This document shows positions 10,210-23,000 of a stretch of 64,000 bases of DNA, piece by piece. The notes beneath the pieces are model-generated. The model saw nothing but the letters and a program-made list of their open reading frames with translations, ran no database searches and was not told the DNA's origin. This stretch comes from Balanoglossus misakiensis (taxonomy: Eukaryota > Animalia > Hemichordata). Numbering within the stretch: the stretch's first letter is position 1; each line of letters begins with the position of its first letter. Where the stretch lies: NCBI GenBank assembly GCA_040954595.2, contig CM082586.2:9331337-9395336 (forward strand), written 5' to 3'. Both the position numbers and the translations under genes were made by a program.

Positions 10210-10871
10210 ATAAGTAAATAGAAAAATGAAGAAAAAAAACATGACGAGGAAAAACCTCATTCAGGTACATGCTTCAAAAATGGCCTTTGTTAACAAAAAG
10301 ATTGGTGACAGATGGTTCCAGACCTTGTTGCTTCGCCAAGGCAAATCATGTGCCTCTGGTGGTAGGACATGACCGGGCAAGTATCCTGTGCTGGCGGAGC
10401 GACTCTTGCTAGTTGCTATACTCCTTGCCTAATCATACTGCCAGTAGTGCACTAGGGTGCATAGCGATGAGGTCTGGGAGCAAAACTACCCAGCAATATT
10501 AGTGAATATATTTATACTGGCTCCTAGGATAAATCAATTATGTTCAATTCAAATAGTTTATTGTCAACAACAAATGTAAAAAATGTCTTCAGGCTCACTA
10601 ATCAAGTTACAAGTACAGGATAAAGAGCATTGTGATAAAATTTATACATACATCAACACAATTCCAATATGATGACAACCACATCTGCATGCAGCTAAGG
10701 ATAAAACTGAGAAAGGATGAAACTGAGGGTGAAAGAAAACAGAAAATAGGAGAACTGTTTACAGGGTTAAAATATATTATAACAGAAAATACAATTAATG
10801 AACTATGTAAAGGTGCTACAGATACTAAAATGTTCAAAAATAAATCATCAATCAGTTAATATAAAATAGAC

Positions 10872-10967
10872 TAATAAATAAATATACTGATGAATAAATG
10901 TACTGATAAATAAATAAATAAATAAAAACAAACAAACAAACAACAAACAAAAAAATATATATATAAA

Positions 10968-10999
<32 letters not shown>

Positions 11000-11102
11000 A
11001 AACAAACAAACAAACAAACAAACAAACAAACAAATAAATAAATAAATAAACAAACAAACAATCAAACAAACAAACAAACAAATAAATAAATAAATAAATA
11101 AA
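10872..11102. repeat. Compound (AAAT)n/(AAAC)n microsatellite
   Basis: Direct reading of alternating AAAT and AAAC tracts. Confidence 0.95.
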
Positions 11103-11739
11103 TTCTAGTTTATAATTTCTATTTTTTGATGGAATTACAGAAAACAGGTCATGACGTTTTTGATCTGATGTCAAGTGGCAAAGTTCCCCATAATACAGTA
11201 CCAGCGTAGGATATTGCAAATTTACATATCGATGTATTGACAGTTGGAACAAAAAGATTTCCTTGATTTTTATGTCATGTACTGTATTGGTGAGACGCTA
11301 ATGAACAATACTTAGTGAAACAGAGAGGTAAATTGTCATTGACCACAGGTCATACAAAAAGGTACACAATTGAAGTTTGTGTGGTTTGAAGATGTCAAGA
11401 ATATGCAAATGTTTAAATAAAACAGTCAAGTGTGCTGTGAAGTCGCGAAAGGTTACAACTCTAGCTGCCTTTTTAGAGCAAGGAGAATGCTGTTAAGGTG
11501 AAAAGGATATGTGGATATCCAGACTTCAAGGCCGATTAGGTGATGTGATGTAGTATAAATGTGTTTAATATAGAGAAGAATTAAAATATATTTTGGTACA
11601 AATTTGAAATGATTTAACTTTCAGAAGAAGATAAACTCAGGCGAAGGATTGAGTAATTTAAGACAGGCTGCCTGGCTGTCATAATGTTTTATCTGTCTGT
11701 ATGTCTGTGTCATGTATGCACTGGCATATGTACATTTGT

Positions 11740-11763
11740 AACATATGTACATGTGTATATGCA

Positions 11764-11800
<37 letters not shown>

Positions 11801-11819
11801 ATGCATGCATGCATGCATG

Positions 11820-11851
<32 letters not shown>

Positions 11852-11935
11852 TGTATGTATGTATGTATGTATGTATGTATGTATGTATGTATGTATGTAT
11901 GTATGTATGTACCGGCATGTATGTGCGTGCATGTG
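11740..11935. repeat. Compound (TG)n/(TATG)n/(CATG)n microsatellite
   Basis: Direct reading. Confidence 0.95.
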
Positions 11936-14900
11936 TACCAGTATGATGTGGAGGCATTTTCTATGAATATACAACATTATTCTTAAATATGATAAGTATT
12001 TTACGGCAATTAATCCATTTCATGGAAAGTGTTATCGTTCAATTTGGAAGCTCCGGAGGATGCAATTACAATGTTAAATATTACAGTAACATCATGGGAT
12101 AATCATCTTTGTGTGCAGACTCAATATTGAGTATATATATATAATTTATCTGCCTTCAATTCTGTGCGGTATAGTGTATTTATTGCATTTTATCAAAAGA
12201 TACGTCAGATGCTGTATTTTGAACATCTTATTGTATACTGTAATACTGGATAATTATTAATTTTAGTAAAGATATTTGCTTTTATTATGAGAGTAAAAGT
12301 AATGTTTGAAATTGTACATTTAATTATGGAAAAAGTTTACTGGTGTTTGGTATACCTTGTAAATAACCGAATTTGACTCAAGATAGTTATTTTACAACAT
12401 TAATTGAAATGTTTAAATTGTCATTGTTATTATCAAACATGGTTATGTGAATTTGATAACTATTTATTTGGAAACAATGTGGCTTGAAATATTTGAACTT
12501 GTATTCTTTTTCTCAAATGAAATACTGTCTGTTGGAGATTTTATGTTTTTAAAGTTTGTGTCAACATGACATACATGAAATTTTTCATTTTCATTACAAC
12601 ACTAAGTAACATCTTTGAAATTGTCAGATTTATTATTAAACATGGTTGTGTTTATTGATTATTTAGGGGTAATTAATTATTTAGAATCAGTGTTGTTACA
12701 TTTTGTTAGAAAAGTAATTGAAATCTTTACAATTATATTTGGTTATCAAACAAAGATTGTGTGTGTTGGATATTTTACAATTATAAACATTTTGATCAGC
12801 ATAGTTGCCTTTATTTGAGCATTTACTGAATGGTTTGACATTCTAAAGTTTATCATCACACATCATTCTGTCTGTTGAATATTTTATGACAGTTAAAAGT
12901 CAAGTCGGTTGGATTAGAACATTAATTCTAATATAGATTGATGTTAGAAATTGTAAATTTTATCATCAAATGTAGTGTGAAGAATAGAAGATTGTATTAA
13001 AGTAACAATATGGTACATTGACCTGGAGAAACAGGGGTTAATAATGAATTATTTCGAATGGTATTTGTTGAGTTGTTGGCACAGAAGCTGTATGGCATTT
13101 CAGTGTAGATAGCACATGTGAATATACAGCACATGTGAATATACAGCACTGAAACCAATGCATTTTAATACAAGTGAACTGTAGATGTGAATTTGGTCGA
13201 AGGGAAAAAGCAAATAGAACACTGTCACAAGATAGTGGGTCTGAGAGTTTTTTCTCATTATTAAAGTGTCACACATATACATAGCAACAATGTGTGCTTT
13301 TGAGCAAGCTCCATAATTACCCAGAAACATTATCAGGAATGCCATGCTGTTAATGAACTGTAGTCTGTTGCATGACGGATATAATAGAAAGATAATGTTT
13401 CGATCTGTATGGAAAGGGTTTTCATATCCTATGGTGTAATCGGCATAAATAGAAAAAATGGAAATATTTACAAACAGAAATATCTGTATTTAATATATAT
13501 GTGTTAATTATTTAACTTTGTTCATATCACTACCATGTGTGGATTAAGCTATTGGTGTTCATTGAACCCTGCAGAAGTCAACAAGGAACATTGTATTGTA
13601 AAAGATTAGCCTGTGCCTAGCTTGCTTTAAAACAGTGACACATCTACAAATTGTTCATTTCATATATAGATGCATGCTTTTAAGAGACAAACTCTTATTC
13701 AGCAATTGTTAAGAGTTTTCTTTAATATTAAAAACTGTTTCTGTTGTTTTAATAGTTGAAACATGCTGAAATATTGGTGAACTGTACTCAATCTGCACTA
13801 TGCACATACGGTACACATACATGTACAAGATAGAACATTCAATGATTCAGTAAAATAATTTGTGATGTCCATCCTGTTTTTGACTGTTGGTTAAACTTCG
13901 ATCCATGTATTTGACTATATAGCCATACGTTTAGACCACATCGAGCTTAGAATGAGATCATAGAGTATGAATTACTCTAGCTGTCATGTACAGTACCATG
14001 ATGGCAATATGTTATGTATCCAAGAGAAACAATGTACATGTAGTTTATTTAATCTGAATGTCACACATAGAATCACCACTTTTTATATAGCAAAGGGGTA
14101 ATTTCTGACCCCGTTTTTTGTTTATGCACTGAAGTTATATTGCACAGTGAGAAACGTTATGCAAGTATTCCCTGTATTCTTGAATGATATCACAAAAAGG
14201 GCCAAACACTGCATTTTGAAATTCTAGTAGACTTTTGCCAGGGTCAGATTTCCACACTTAATAAGTGTTATATTAGATATGTCCTCTTAATATATATGTT
14301 TTTAAGTATTTGATATGTCAACATGCACTGAAAGGAATACTGGATATTCAAATAATTAAGATAGATGGTAACTTAAGTACACCAATTCTCTTGGTGGAAG
14401 AATTAAATATTGTCTGTTACTACACTTGGCCATAGTCATTAAATTAAAGCCAGCTTGGTTTGCTTTAATATAAAACTAATGGGTAACAGATGAATTATAA
14501 ATGGCAAAGTGTGCATCATCACATAATAGCCAAAAACAGTGCCTAAGATACTGAAGAGCATGTGATTCATATGAAGATTTTAGAGTAAGACACAGCTTAT
14601 TAATGTTCAAGCTTGTAAGATAAGGATTCTGCAAAAGCTGAACAGTTAGGTCATTTAAGTAGTTCTATGGTAGATAGATGCTGTTGTTTCCAAAAATGCA
14701 GTATGTTACTCAAATGATGAGTGACAGCATTCCTGGATTTAACTTGCATCAGTAATTTGCTAGTTAAGTCAAATTTTACTACAATTTGTCACTTGTGGTC
14801 AGTCTTGACGGGTGTAACATGCTAGGAGGGTATACACTATCCATTCCGGACACCTGGTACCACCACTTAGCAGTGGTTCAAGACGATCCTGTTGATATTG

Positions 14901-15459
14901 TCATTTTTCTCTTATTTATTATTTGGACCTGGTAATTAGCTTACCTTGAATGATATTGATTATTCAACCTGATTTGGTGTCTTATTCTTGCAATAACAAA
15001 CACAAACCTCTACTGTTGTCAACCTTTTATTTATTTAAGATAAACCTTTCAGTTGAATCATTGCTTGTTTGAAAGCAGCCTTTATTGAAGTTATCTCTTT
15101 ATTTTTATGCACATTATAGGTCTCTGACCACTTAAAACATAACTTCTATGTCTGATTTTCTTATCTATCTTTACTCGGTACAATATATCTGGTTTGGCTG
15201 ATATATCACCCAATGGCCATACAAACTTTTGTCATTTAATTATGTCACATACTAGTACATATCCAAAACACAAAACATCTATGGCCCTCTTATTATTAGG
15301 CATACAATTTGCTTAAGTATAACAACCTGTAAAGTGTTTCAACATACCAAATACAAATACTTTATCTGCTCTGAAAGTCGAGATTTGGAAAAATAAGACA
15401 AGGTCACCCCAGGGACAAGGCTGAACCTACTATGGATGCTGATATATACGAACGAAAAT

Positions 15460-16070
15460 CAAAGGTCACCTAAGGCCACACCTATATTCGGACAAAATAG
15501 TTTGACCCCATACTATGTCCATGTCGAACAAACACCAGACCTGTAGCCGTGTTGGTAAACCTGTAATTATGTATGCACATAATTAATGCGTAAAGCAGGT
15601 GTCATAGGTGACCCAAAACTTTGGCTTTTCATTATGGCCCCATACCTCCAAACGCCAAGGTTGTACCTGCTTTGGATCCTGAGATATGCAAAAGTAGGTC
15701 AAAGGTCACCTGAGGTCACCCAAACTTTGGGCAAAATATTTTGACCCATAGTGGTCCATGTCCAACAAAAACCAGACCTCTAGCCCTTTTGGTTAGCCTG
15801 GAATTAGGTATGCACATAATTAATGAGTTAAGCAGGTGTCACAGGTGACCCAAAACTTTGGCTTTTCATTATGGCCCCATACCTCCAAACGCCAAGGCTG
15901 TATCTGCTGTGGATGTCGAGATATGCAAAAGTAGGTCAAAGGTCACCCGAGGTCACCCAACATTTGGGCAAAATATTTTGACCCCATACTGGTCCATGTA
16001 TAACAAAAACAAAACCTCTAGGTCTATTGGTTCGTCCGTAATTAGGTATGTGCATATTTAATGAGGGCAG
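15460..16070. repeat. ~237-bp internal subrepeat of the elements (copy number varies per unit)
   Basis: ggtgacccaaaactttggcttttcattatggcccc recurs with 237-bp spacing (15621/15858, 45757/45994). Copy number explains the ~1.43 kb versus ~1.68 kb unit sizes. Confidence 0.85.
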
Positions 16071-16343
16071 CTGAGGTCAAAGGGGTCATGAAAAGTAGCA
16101 AAATATTTTAATCACACACTAATCCACATACATCAAAAACCAAACGTCTAGCCCTATTGGTTAGCCTGGAATTAGATATGCAGAAAAATGATGCGTCAAA
16201 AGTAGGTCAAAGGTCATTGCCAAAATTACCAAAATATTTATAGCTTATTCTTGGCATATGATGATTCATATCCATAAAAAGAATTTCTGTGCTATCAATT
16301 TTTAGGCTAGAAAGGGAATTTTTACTTTTTAATCGTTTTTTAC

Positions 16344-16830
16344 AAAATCCAATATGGCCGCCATAATCTTCGACCAATCACATTCCTCATCGCAAACTTG
16401 ATAGACATCTGTTTAATGACCACACACACCAAATCTTGTGACTCGGTTATCGCTGGTTCTTGAGAAGAAGATTTTTGAAATTTTACTAGGGTTTTTCGAA
16501 AATCCAATATGGCCGCCATAATCTTCGACCAATCACAATGATCTTCGCAAACTTGATAGACCTCAGTTTGGTGACCACATACCCCAAACCGCGTGACTCG
16601 GTTATTGCCGGTTCTGGAGAAGAAGATTTTTGAAATTTTGACCAGATTTCAGAAAAACAACTGTAGCAAAAAAACTGCAACATTGACAGCAAAATATCCA
16701 ATTACAAAAATGATGGGCAGAAGGTACACTACCAGCACACCAAATCTGAAGTCGATCTGACTTGTAGTTTCTGAGATCTGAGATTTGCTTTTTTTCAGAA
16801 AATCCAATATGGCCGCCATGTCACGTGACT
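16344..16830. repeat. ~150-155-bp internal subrepeat (AAAATCCAATATGGCCGCC...) of the elements
   Basis: Motif at 16344, 16499 and 16799 with a diverged intermediate copy; the same layout is present in every unit. Confidence 0.8.
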
Positions 16831-16971
16831 AATTAAAAATTCAAGAGTTCAATGCACGACTACCCATTGACCTTGACCACTGTAGCAAGTTTGAGAAGTG
16901 TACCTGCAGCGGTGTCTGAGATCTAGAGCGACAAAGAAATGACACAAGAAAAAAGAAAGAAAGAAAGACAG

Positions 16972-17025
16972 AAAAACCCCAACGAAACCAATAGGGCCCA
17001 AGCGCTGGTATGCGCTTGGGCCCTA
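16972..17025. repeat. Terminal hairpin cap (14-bp stem, 6-nt loop) containing the subterminal inverted repeat
   Basis: TAGGGCCCAAGCGC tggtat GCGCTTGGGCCCTA at 16992-17025, preceded by the conserved AAAAACCCCAACGAAACCAA. Confidence 0.9.
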
Positions 17026-20000
17026 AAGAAAGACTGAATTAAAGCTGCAAGCAGCATTGTCCGGGCCCAAGCTCTATTATCTGATCTGATTATTAGATAT
17101 GCACATAATTAATGAGTAGAAACATAATGCTGTGTTTTATCCCATGAAATATCATGGTTATATCTATGTTTAGTGCTGATAAAGTGTTAAGTAGGTCAAA
17201 GGTCACCCAGAGGTCACCCATAATTTGGGCAGAAAATTTTGACCCATAGTGGTCCATGTCCAACAAAAACCAGACCTATAGCACTTTTGGTTAGCCCGGA
17301 ATTAAGTATGCACATAAATAATGAGTTAAGCAGGTGTCACAGGTGACCCACAACTTTGGCTTTTCATTATGGCCCCATACCTCCAAACGCCAAGGCTGTA
17401 TCTGCTGTGGATGCTGATATTTGCAAAAGTAGGTCAAAGGTCACCAGAGGTCACCCAACATTTGGGTAAAATTTTTTGACCCCATACTAGTCCTGTCCAA
17501 CAAAAACAAAACCTCTAGGTCTATTGGTTCGCCTGTAATTAGCTATGCACATAATTAATGAGGTCAGCAGGGGTCAAAGGGGTCGTGAAAAGTAGCAAAA
17601 AATTTTGATCACACACTTATCCACATACATCAAAAACCAAACTTATAGCCCTATTGGTTAGCCTGGAATTAGATATGCAGAAAAATGATGCGTCAAAAGT
17701 AGGTCAAAGGTCATTGCCAAAATTACCAAAATATTTATAGCATATTGTAGTCATATGATGATCCATATCCATAAAAAGAATTTCTGTGCTATCAATTTTT
17801 AGGCTAGAAAGGGAATTTTTACTTTTTAATCGTTTTTCACAAAATCCAATATGGCCGCCATAATCTTCGACCAATCACATTCCTCTTCGCAAACTTGATA
17901 GACATCTGGTGAATGACCACACACACAAAATCTTGTGACTCGGTTATCACCGGTTCTCGAGAAGAAGATTTTTGAAATTTTACTAGGGTTTTTCGAAAAT
18001 CCAATATGGCCGCCATAATCTTCGACCAATCACAATGATCTTCGCAAACTTGATAGACATCAGTTAGGTGACCACATACCCCAAACCCCGTGTCTCGGTT
18101 ATCACCGGTTCTAGAGAAGAAGATTTTTGAAATTTAAGCCAGATTTCAGAAAAAAAATTGTAGCAAAAAAACTGCAACATTGACAGCATAATTTCCAATT
18201 ACAAAAATGTTTGACAGAAGGTAGTCTACCTGCACGCCAAATTTGAAGTCGATCTGACTTGTAGTTTCTGAGATCTGAGATTTGCATTTTTTCAGAAAAT
18301 CCAAGATGGCCGCCAGGTCATGTGACTAATTAAAAATTCATGGGTTCAATGCACGACTACTCATTGACCTTGACCACTGTAGCAAGTTTGAGAACTGTAC
18401 CTGCAGTGGTGTCTGAGATCTAGAGCGACAAAGAAATGACAGAAGAATAAAGAAAGAAGAAAGAAAGACAGATTAAAGCTGCAAGCAGCATTGTCCGGGC
18501 CCAAGCTCTATTATCTGATCAGATTATTAGATATGCACATAATTAATGAGTAGAAACATAATGCTGTGTTTTATCCCACGAAATATCAAGGTTATATCTA
18601 TGTTTGGTGTTGATATAGTGTTAAGTAGGTCAAAGGTCACCCAGAGGTCACCCACAATTTGGGCAGAAAATTTTGACCCATAGTGGTCCATGTCCAACAA
18701 AAACCAGACCTCTATCCCTTTTGGTTAGCCCAGAATTAGGTATGCACATAAATAATGAGTTAAGCAGGTGTCACAGGTGACCCAAAACTTTGGCTTTTCA
18801 TTATGGCCCCATACCTCCAAACGCCAGGGCTGTATCTGCTGTGGATGTCGAGATATGCAAAAGTAGGTCAAAGGTCATCCGAGGTCACCCAACATTTGGG
18901 CAAAAAAATTTGACCCAATACTGGTTCATGTCCAACAAAAACCAAACCTCTAGGTCTATTGGTTCATCTGTAATTAGGTATGCGCATATTTAATGAGGTC
19001 AGCAGAGGTCAAAGGGGTCATGAAAAGTAGCGAAATTTTTTGATTGCATACAAATCCACATACATCAAAAACCAAACTTATAGCCCTATTAGTTAGCCTG
19101 GAATTAGATATGCAGAAAAATGATGTGTCAAAAGTAGGTCAAAGGTCATTGTCAAAATTACCAAAATATTTATAGCTTATTCTTGGCATATGATGATTCA
19201 TATCCATAAAAAGAATTTCTGTGCTATCAATTTTTAGGCTAGAAAGGGAATTTTTACTTTTTAATCGTTTTTCACAAAATCCAATATGGCCGCCATAATC
19301 TTCGACCAATCACATTCACCTTCGCAAACTTGATAGACATCTGTTTAATGACCACACACACCAAATCTTGTGACTCAGTTATCGCCGGTTCTTGAGAAGA
19401 AGATTTTTGAAATTTTACTAGGGTTTTTCGAAAATCCAATATGGCCGCCATAATCTTCGACCAATCACAATGATCTTCGCAAACTTGATAGACCTCACTT
19501 AGGTGACCACATACCCCAAACCACGTGACTCGGTTATTGCCGGTTCTGGAGAAGAAGATTTTTGAAATTTTGACCAGATTTCAGAAAAAAAATTGTAGCA
19601 AAAAAACTGCAACATTGACAGCAAAATATCCAATTACAAAAATGATGGGCAGAAGGTACACTACCAGCACACCAAATCTGAAGTAAATCTGACTTGTAGT
19701 TTCTGAGATCTGAGATTTGCATTTTTTCAGAAAATCCAATATGGCCGCCATGTCACGTGACTAATTAAAAATTCAAGAGTTCAATGCACGACTACCCATT
19801 GACCTTGACCACTGTAGCAAGTTTGAGAAGTGTACCTGCAGCGGTGTCTGAGATCTAGAGCGACAAAGAAATGACAGAAGAATAAAGAAAGAAGGAAAGA
19901 CAGAATTAAAGCTGCAAGCAGCATTGTCCGGGCCCAAGCTCTATTATCTGATCTGATATTAGATATGCACATAATTAATGAGTTGAAACATAATGCTGTT

Positions 20001-23000
20001 TTATCCCATGAAATATCAAGGTTATATGTATGTTTGGTGCTGTTAAAGTGTTAAGTAGGTCAAAGGTCACCCAGAGGTCACCCAACATTTGGGCAGAAAA
20101 TTTTGACCCATAGTGGTCCATGTCCAACAAAAACCAGACCTCTAGCCCTTTTTGTTAGCCTGGAATTAGGTATGCACATAAATAATGCGTAAAGCAGGTG
20201 TCACAGGTGACCCAAAACTTTGGCTTTTCATTATGGCCCCATACCTCCAAATGCCAAGGCTGTACCTGCTTTGGATGCCGAGATATGCAAAAGTACGTCA
20301 AAGGTCATCTGAGGTCATCCAAAATTTGGGCAGAAAATTTTGACCCATAGTGGTCCATGTCCAACAAAAAACAGACCTCTAGCCCTTTTGGTTAGCCTAG
20401 AATTAGGTATGCACATAATTAATGAGTTAAGCAGGTGTCACAGGTGACCCAAAACTTTGGCTTTTCATTATGGCCCCATACCTCCAAACGCCAAGGCTGT
20501 ATCTGCTGTGGATGTCAAGATATGCAAAAGTAGGTCAAAGGTCACCCGAGGTCACCCAACATTTGGGCAAAATATTTTGACCCCATACTGGTCCATGTAT
20601 AACAAAAACAAAACTTCTAGGTCTATTGGTTCATCTGTAATTAGGTATGTGCATATTTAATGAGGTCACCAGAGGTCAATGGGGTCATGAAAAATAGCAA
20701 AATTTTTGGATCACATAGAAATCCACATACATCAAAAACCAAACTTATAGCCCTATTGGTTAGCCTGGAATTAGATATGCAGAAAAATCATGTGTCAAAA
20801 GTAGGTCAAAGGTCATTGCCAAAATTACCAAAATATTTATAGCTTATTCTTGGCATATGATGATTCATATCCGTAAAAATAATTTCTGTGCTATCAATTT
20901 TTAGGCTAGAAAGGGAATTTTTACTTTTTAATCATTTTTCACAAAATCCAATATGGCCGCCATAATCTTCGACCAATCACATTCCTCTTCGCAAACTTGA
21001 TAGACATCTGTTTAATGACCACACACACCAAATCTTGTGACTCAGTTATCGCCGGTTCTTGAGAAGAAGATTTTTGAAATTTTACTATGGTTTTTCGAAA
21101 ATCCAATATGGCCGCCATAATCTTCAACCAATCACAATGATCTTCGCAAACTTGATAGACATCAGTTAGGTGACCACATACCCCAAACCGCATGACTCGG
21201 TTATCACCGGTTCTGGAGAAGAAGATTTTTGAAATTTAAGCCAGATTTCAGAAAAAAAATTGTAGCAAAAAATTGCAACTTTGTCAGTATAATTTCCAAT
21301 AACAAAAATGATTGCCAGAAGGTAGTCTACCAGCATGCCAAATTTGAAGTCGATCTGACTTGTAGTTTCTGAGATCTTTGATTTGCATTTTTTCAGAAAA
21401 TCCAAGATGGCCGCCAGGTCATGTGACTAATTAAAAATTCAAGGGTTCAATGCACGACTACTCATTGACCTTGACCACTGTAGCAAGTTTCAGAAGTGTA
21501 CCTGCAGCGGTGTCTGAGATCTCGTGGGTCAAAGAATTGACACAAGAATAAAGAAAGAAAGAAAGAAAAATTCCAACGAAACCAATACGGGCCCAAGCCT
21601 GGCTTGGCTTGGGCCCGTAAAAACCCCAACGAAACCAATAGGGCCCAAGCGCTGGTATGCGCTTGGGCCCTAATTAAAGCTGCAAGCAGCATTGTCCGGG
21701 CCCAAGCTCTATTATCTGATCTGATTATTAGATATGCACATAATTAATGAGTAGGAACATAATGCTGTGTTTTATCCCATGAAATATCAAGGTTATATCT
21801 ATGTTTGGTGTTGATATAGTGTTAAGTAGGTCAAAGGTCACCCAGAGGTCACCCACAATTTGGGCAGAAAATTTTGACCCATAGTGGTCCATGTCCAACA
21901 AAATCCAGATCTCTAGCCCTTTTGGTTAGCCCGAAATTAGGTATGCACATAAATAATGAGTTAAGCAGGTGTCACAGGTGACCCAAAACTTTGGCTTTTC
22001 ATTATGGCCCCATACCTCCAAACGCCAAGGCTGTATCTGCTGTGGATGTCGAGATATGCAAAAGTAGGTCAAAGGTCATCCGAGGTCACCCAACATTTGG
22101 GCAAAAAAATTTGACCCAATACTGGTTCATGTCCAACAGAAACCAAACATCTAGGTCTATTGGTTCATCTGTAATTAGGTATGCGCATATTTAATGAGGT
22201 CAGCAGAGGTCAAAGGGGTCATGATAAGTAGCGAAATTTTTTGATCACATACAAATCCACATACATCAAAAACCAAAATCATAGCCCTATAGGTTAGCCT
22301 GGAATTAGATATGCAGAAAAAAATGATGTGTCAAAAGTAGGTCAAAGGTCATTGCCAAAATTACCAAAATATTTGGGGTAGGTCCTGGCAGGGATGATAC
22401 CAATGTGCACAAAAATCAGAACTCTGGTACATTTAGAACACGCAGTATGAGCTATATATGCATATATGCAGGTTCTTAAAAAAGTAGGTCAAAGGTCATG
22501 TGAAAATTTCCAAAATATTTGCAACATATTCTAGTCATATCAAGACTCATATCCATAAAAAGAATGTGTATGCTATCTATTTTTAGACTAGAAATATGAT
22601 TTCTTAATTTTCGCTGGTTTTTACAAAATCCAATATGGCCGCCATAATCTTCGACCAATCACAACGCTCTTCGCAAACTTGATAGACATCAGTTAGGTGA
22701 TGTCATACCCTAAATCCCATGACTCGGTTATTGCCGGTTCTGGAGAAGAAGATTTTTGAAGATTTTACTGTACTTTTTCGAAAATCCAATATGGCGGCCA
22801 AAGTCACGTGACCGCTCAGGATTTTATTGTCAAACTTTGAAGGGCAGAGGACATGTGTACCATACACCAAATTTGAACTTGATTGGCCCTGTGGTTTTTG
22901 AGAAGAAGCCATTTAAAGATTTTCAGAAAATCCAATATGGCCGCCAGGTCACGTGACTAATTAAATATTCACAAGCCACTGCACATCTACTCATTGACCT

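Larger units (their letters stand above)
1..17025 (+). mobile_element. Putative autonomous Helentron (left end outside the window; right end probably the hairpin cap ending at 17025)
   Basis: Contains the intact ORF. No ATTAAAGCTGC left terminus was seen between the ORF and the first array body, which fades in through degenerate subrepeats at ~15400. Sequence at ~15040-15260 is homologous to the interior of the long array member (~34360-34580). The boundaries are inferred. Confidence 0.65.

Noticed and set aside
10852-11986. Low-complexity ORFs (FIYL, YVCM, HTYI repeats)
   Set aside because: These are translations of microsatellites.
13111-13149. 17-bp tandem duplication AGCACATGTGAATATAC
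   Set aside because: An isolated slippage duplication with no further structure.
11990-14790. Possible captured or second gene in the AT-rich tail
   Set aside because: No convincing ORF or exon chain is visible by eye; it cannot be excluded without transcript data.
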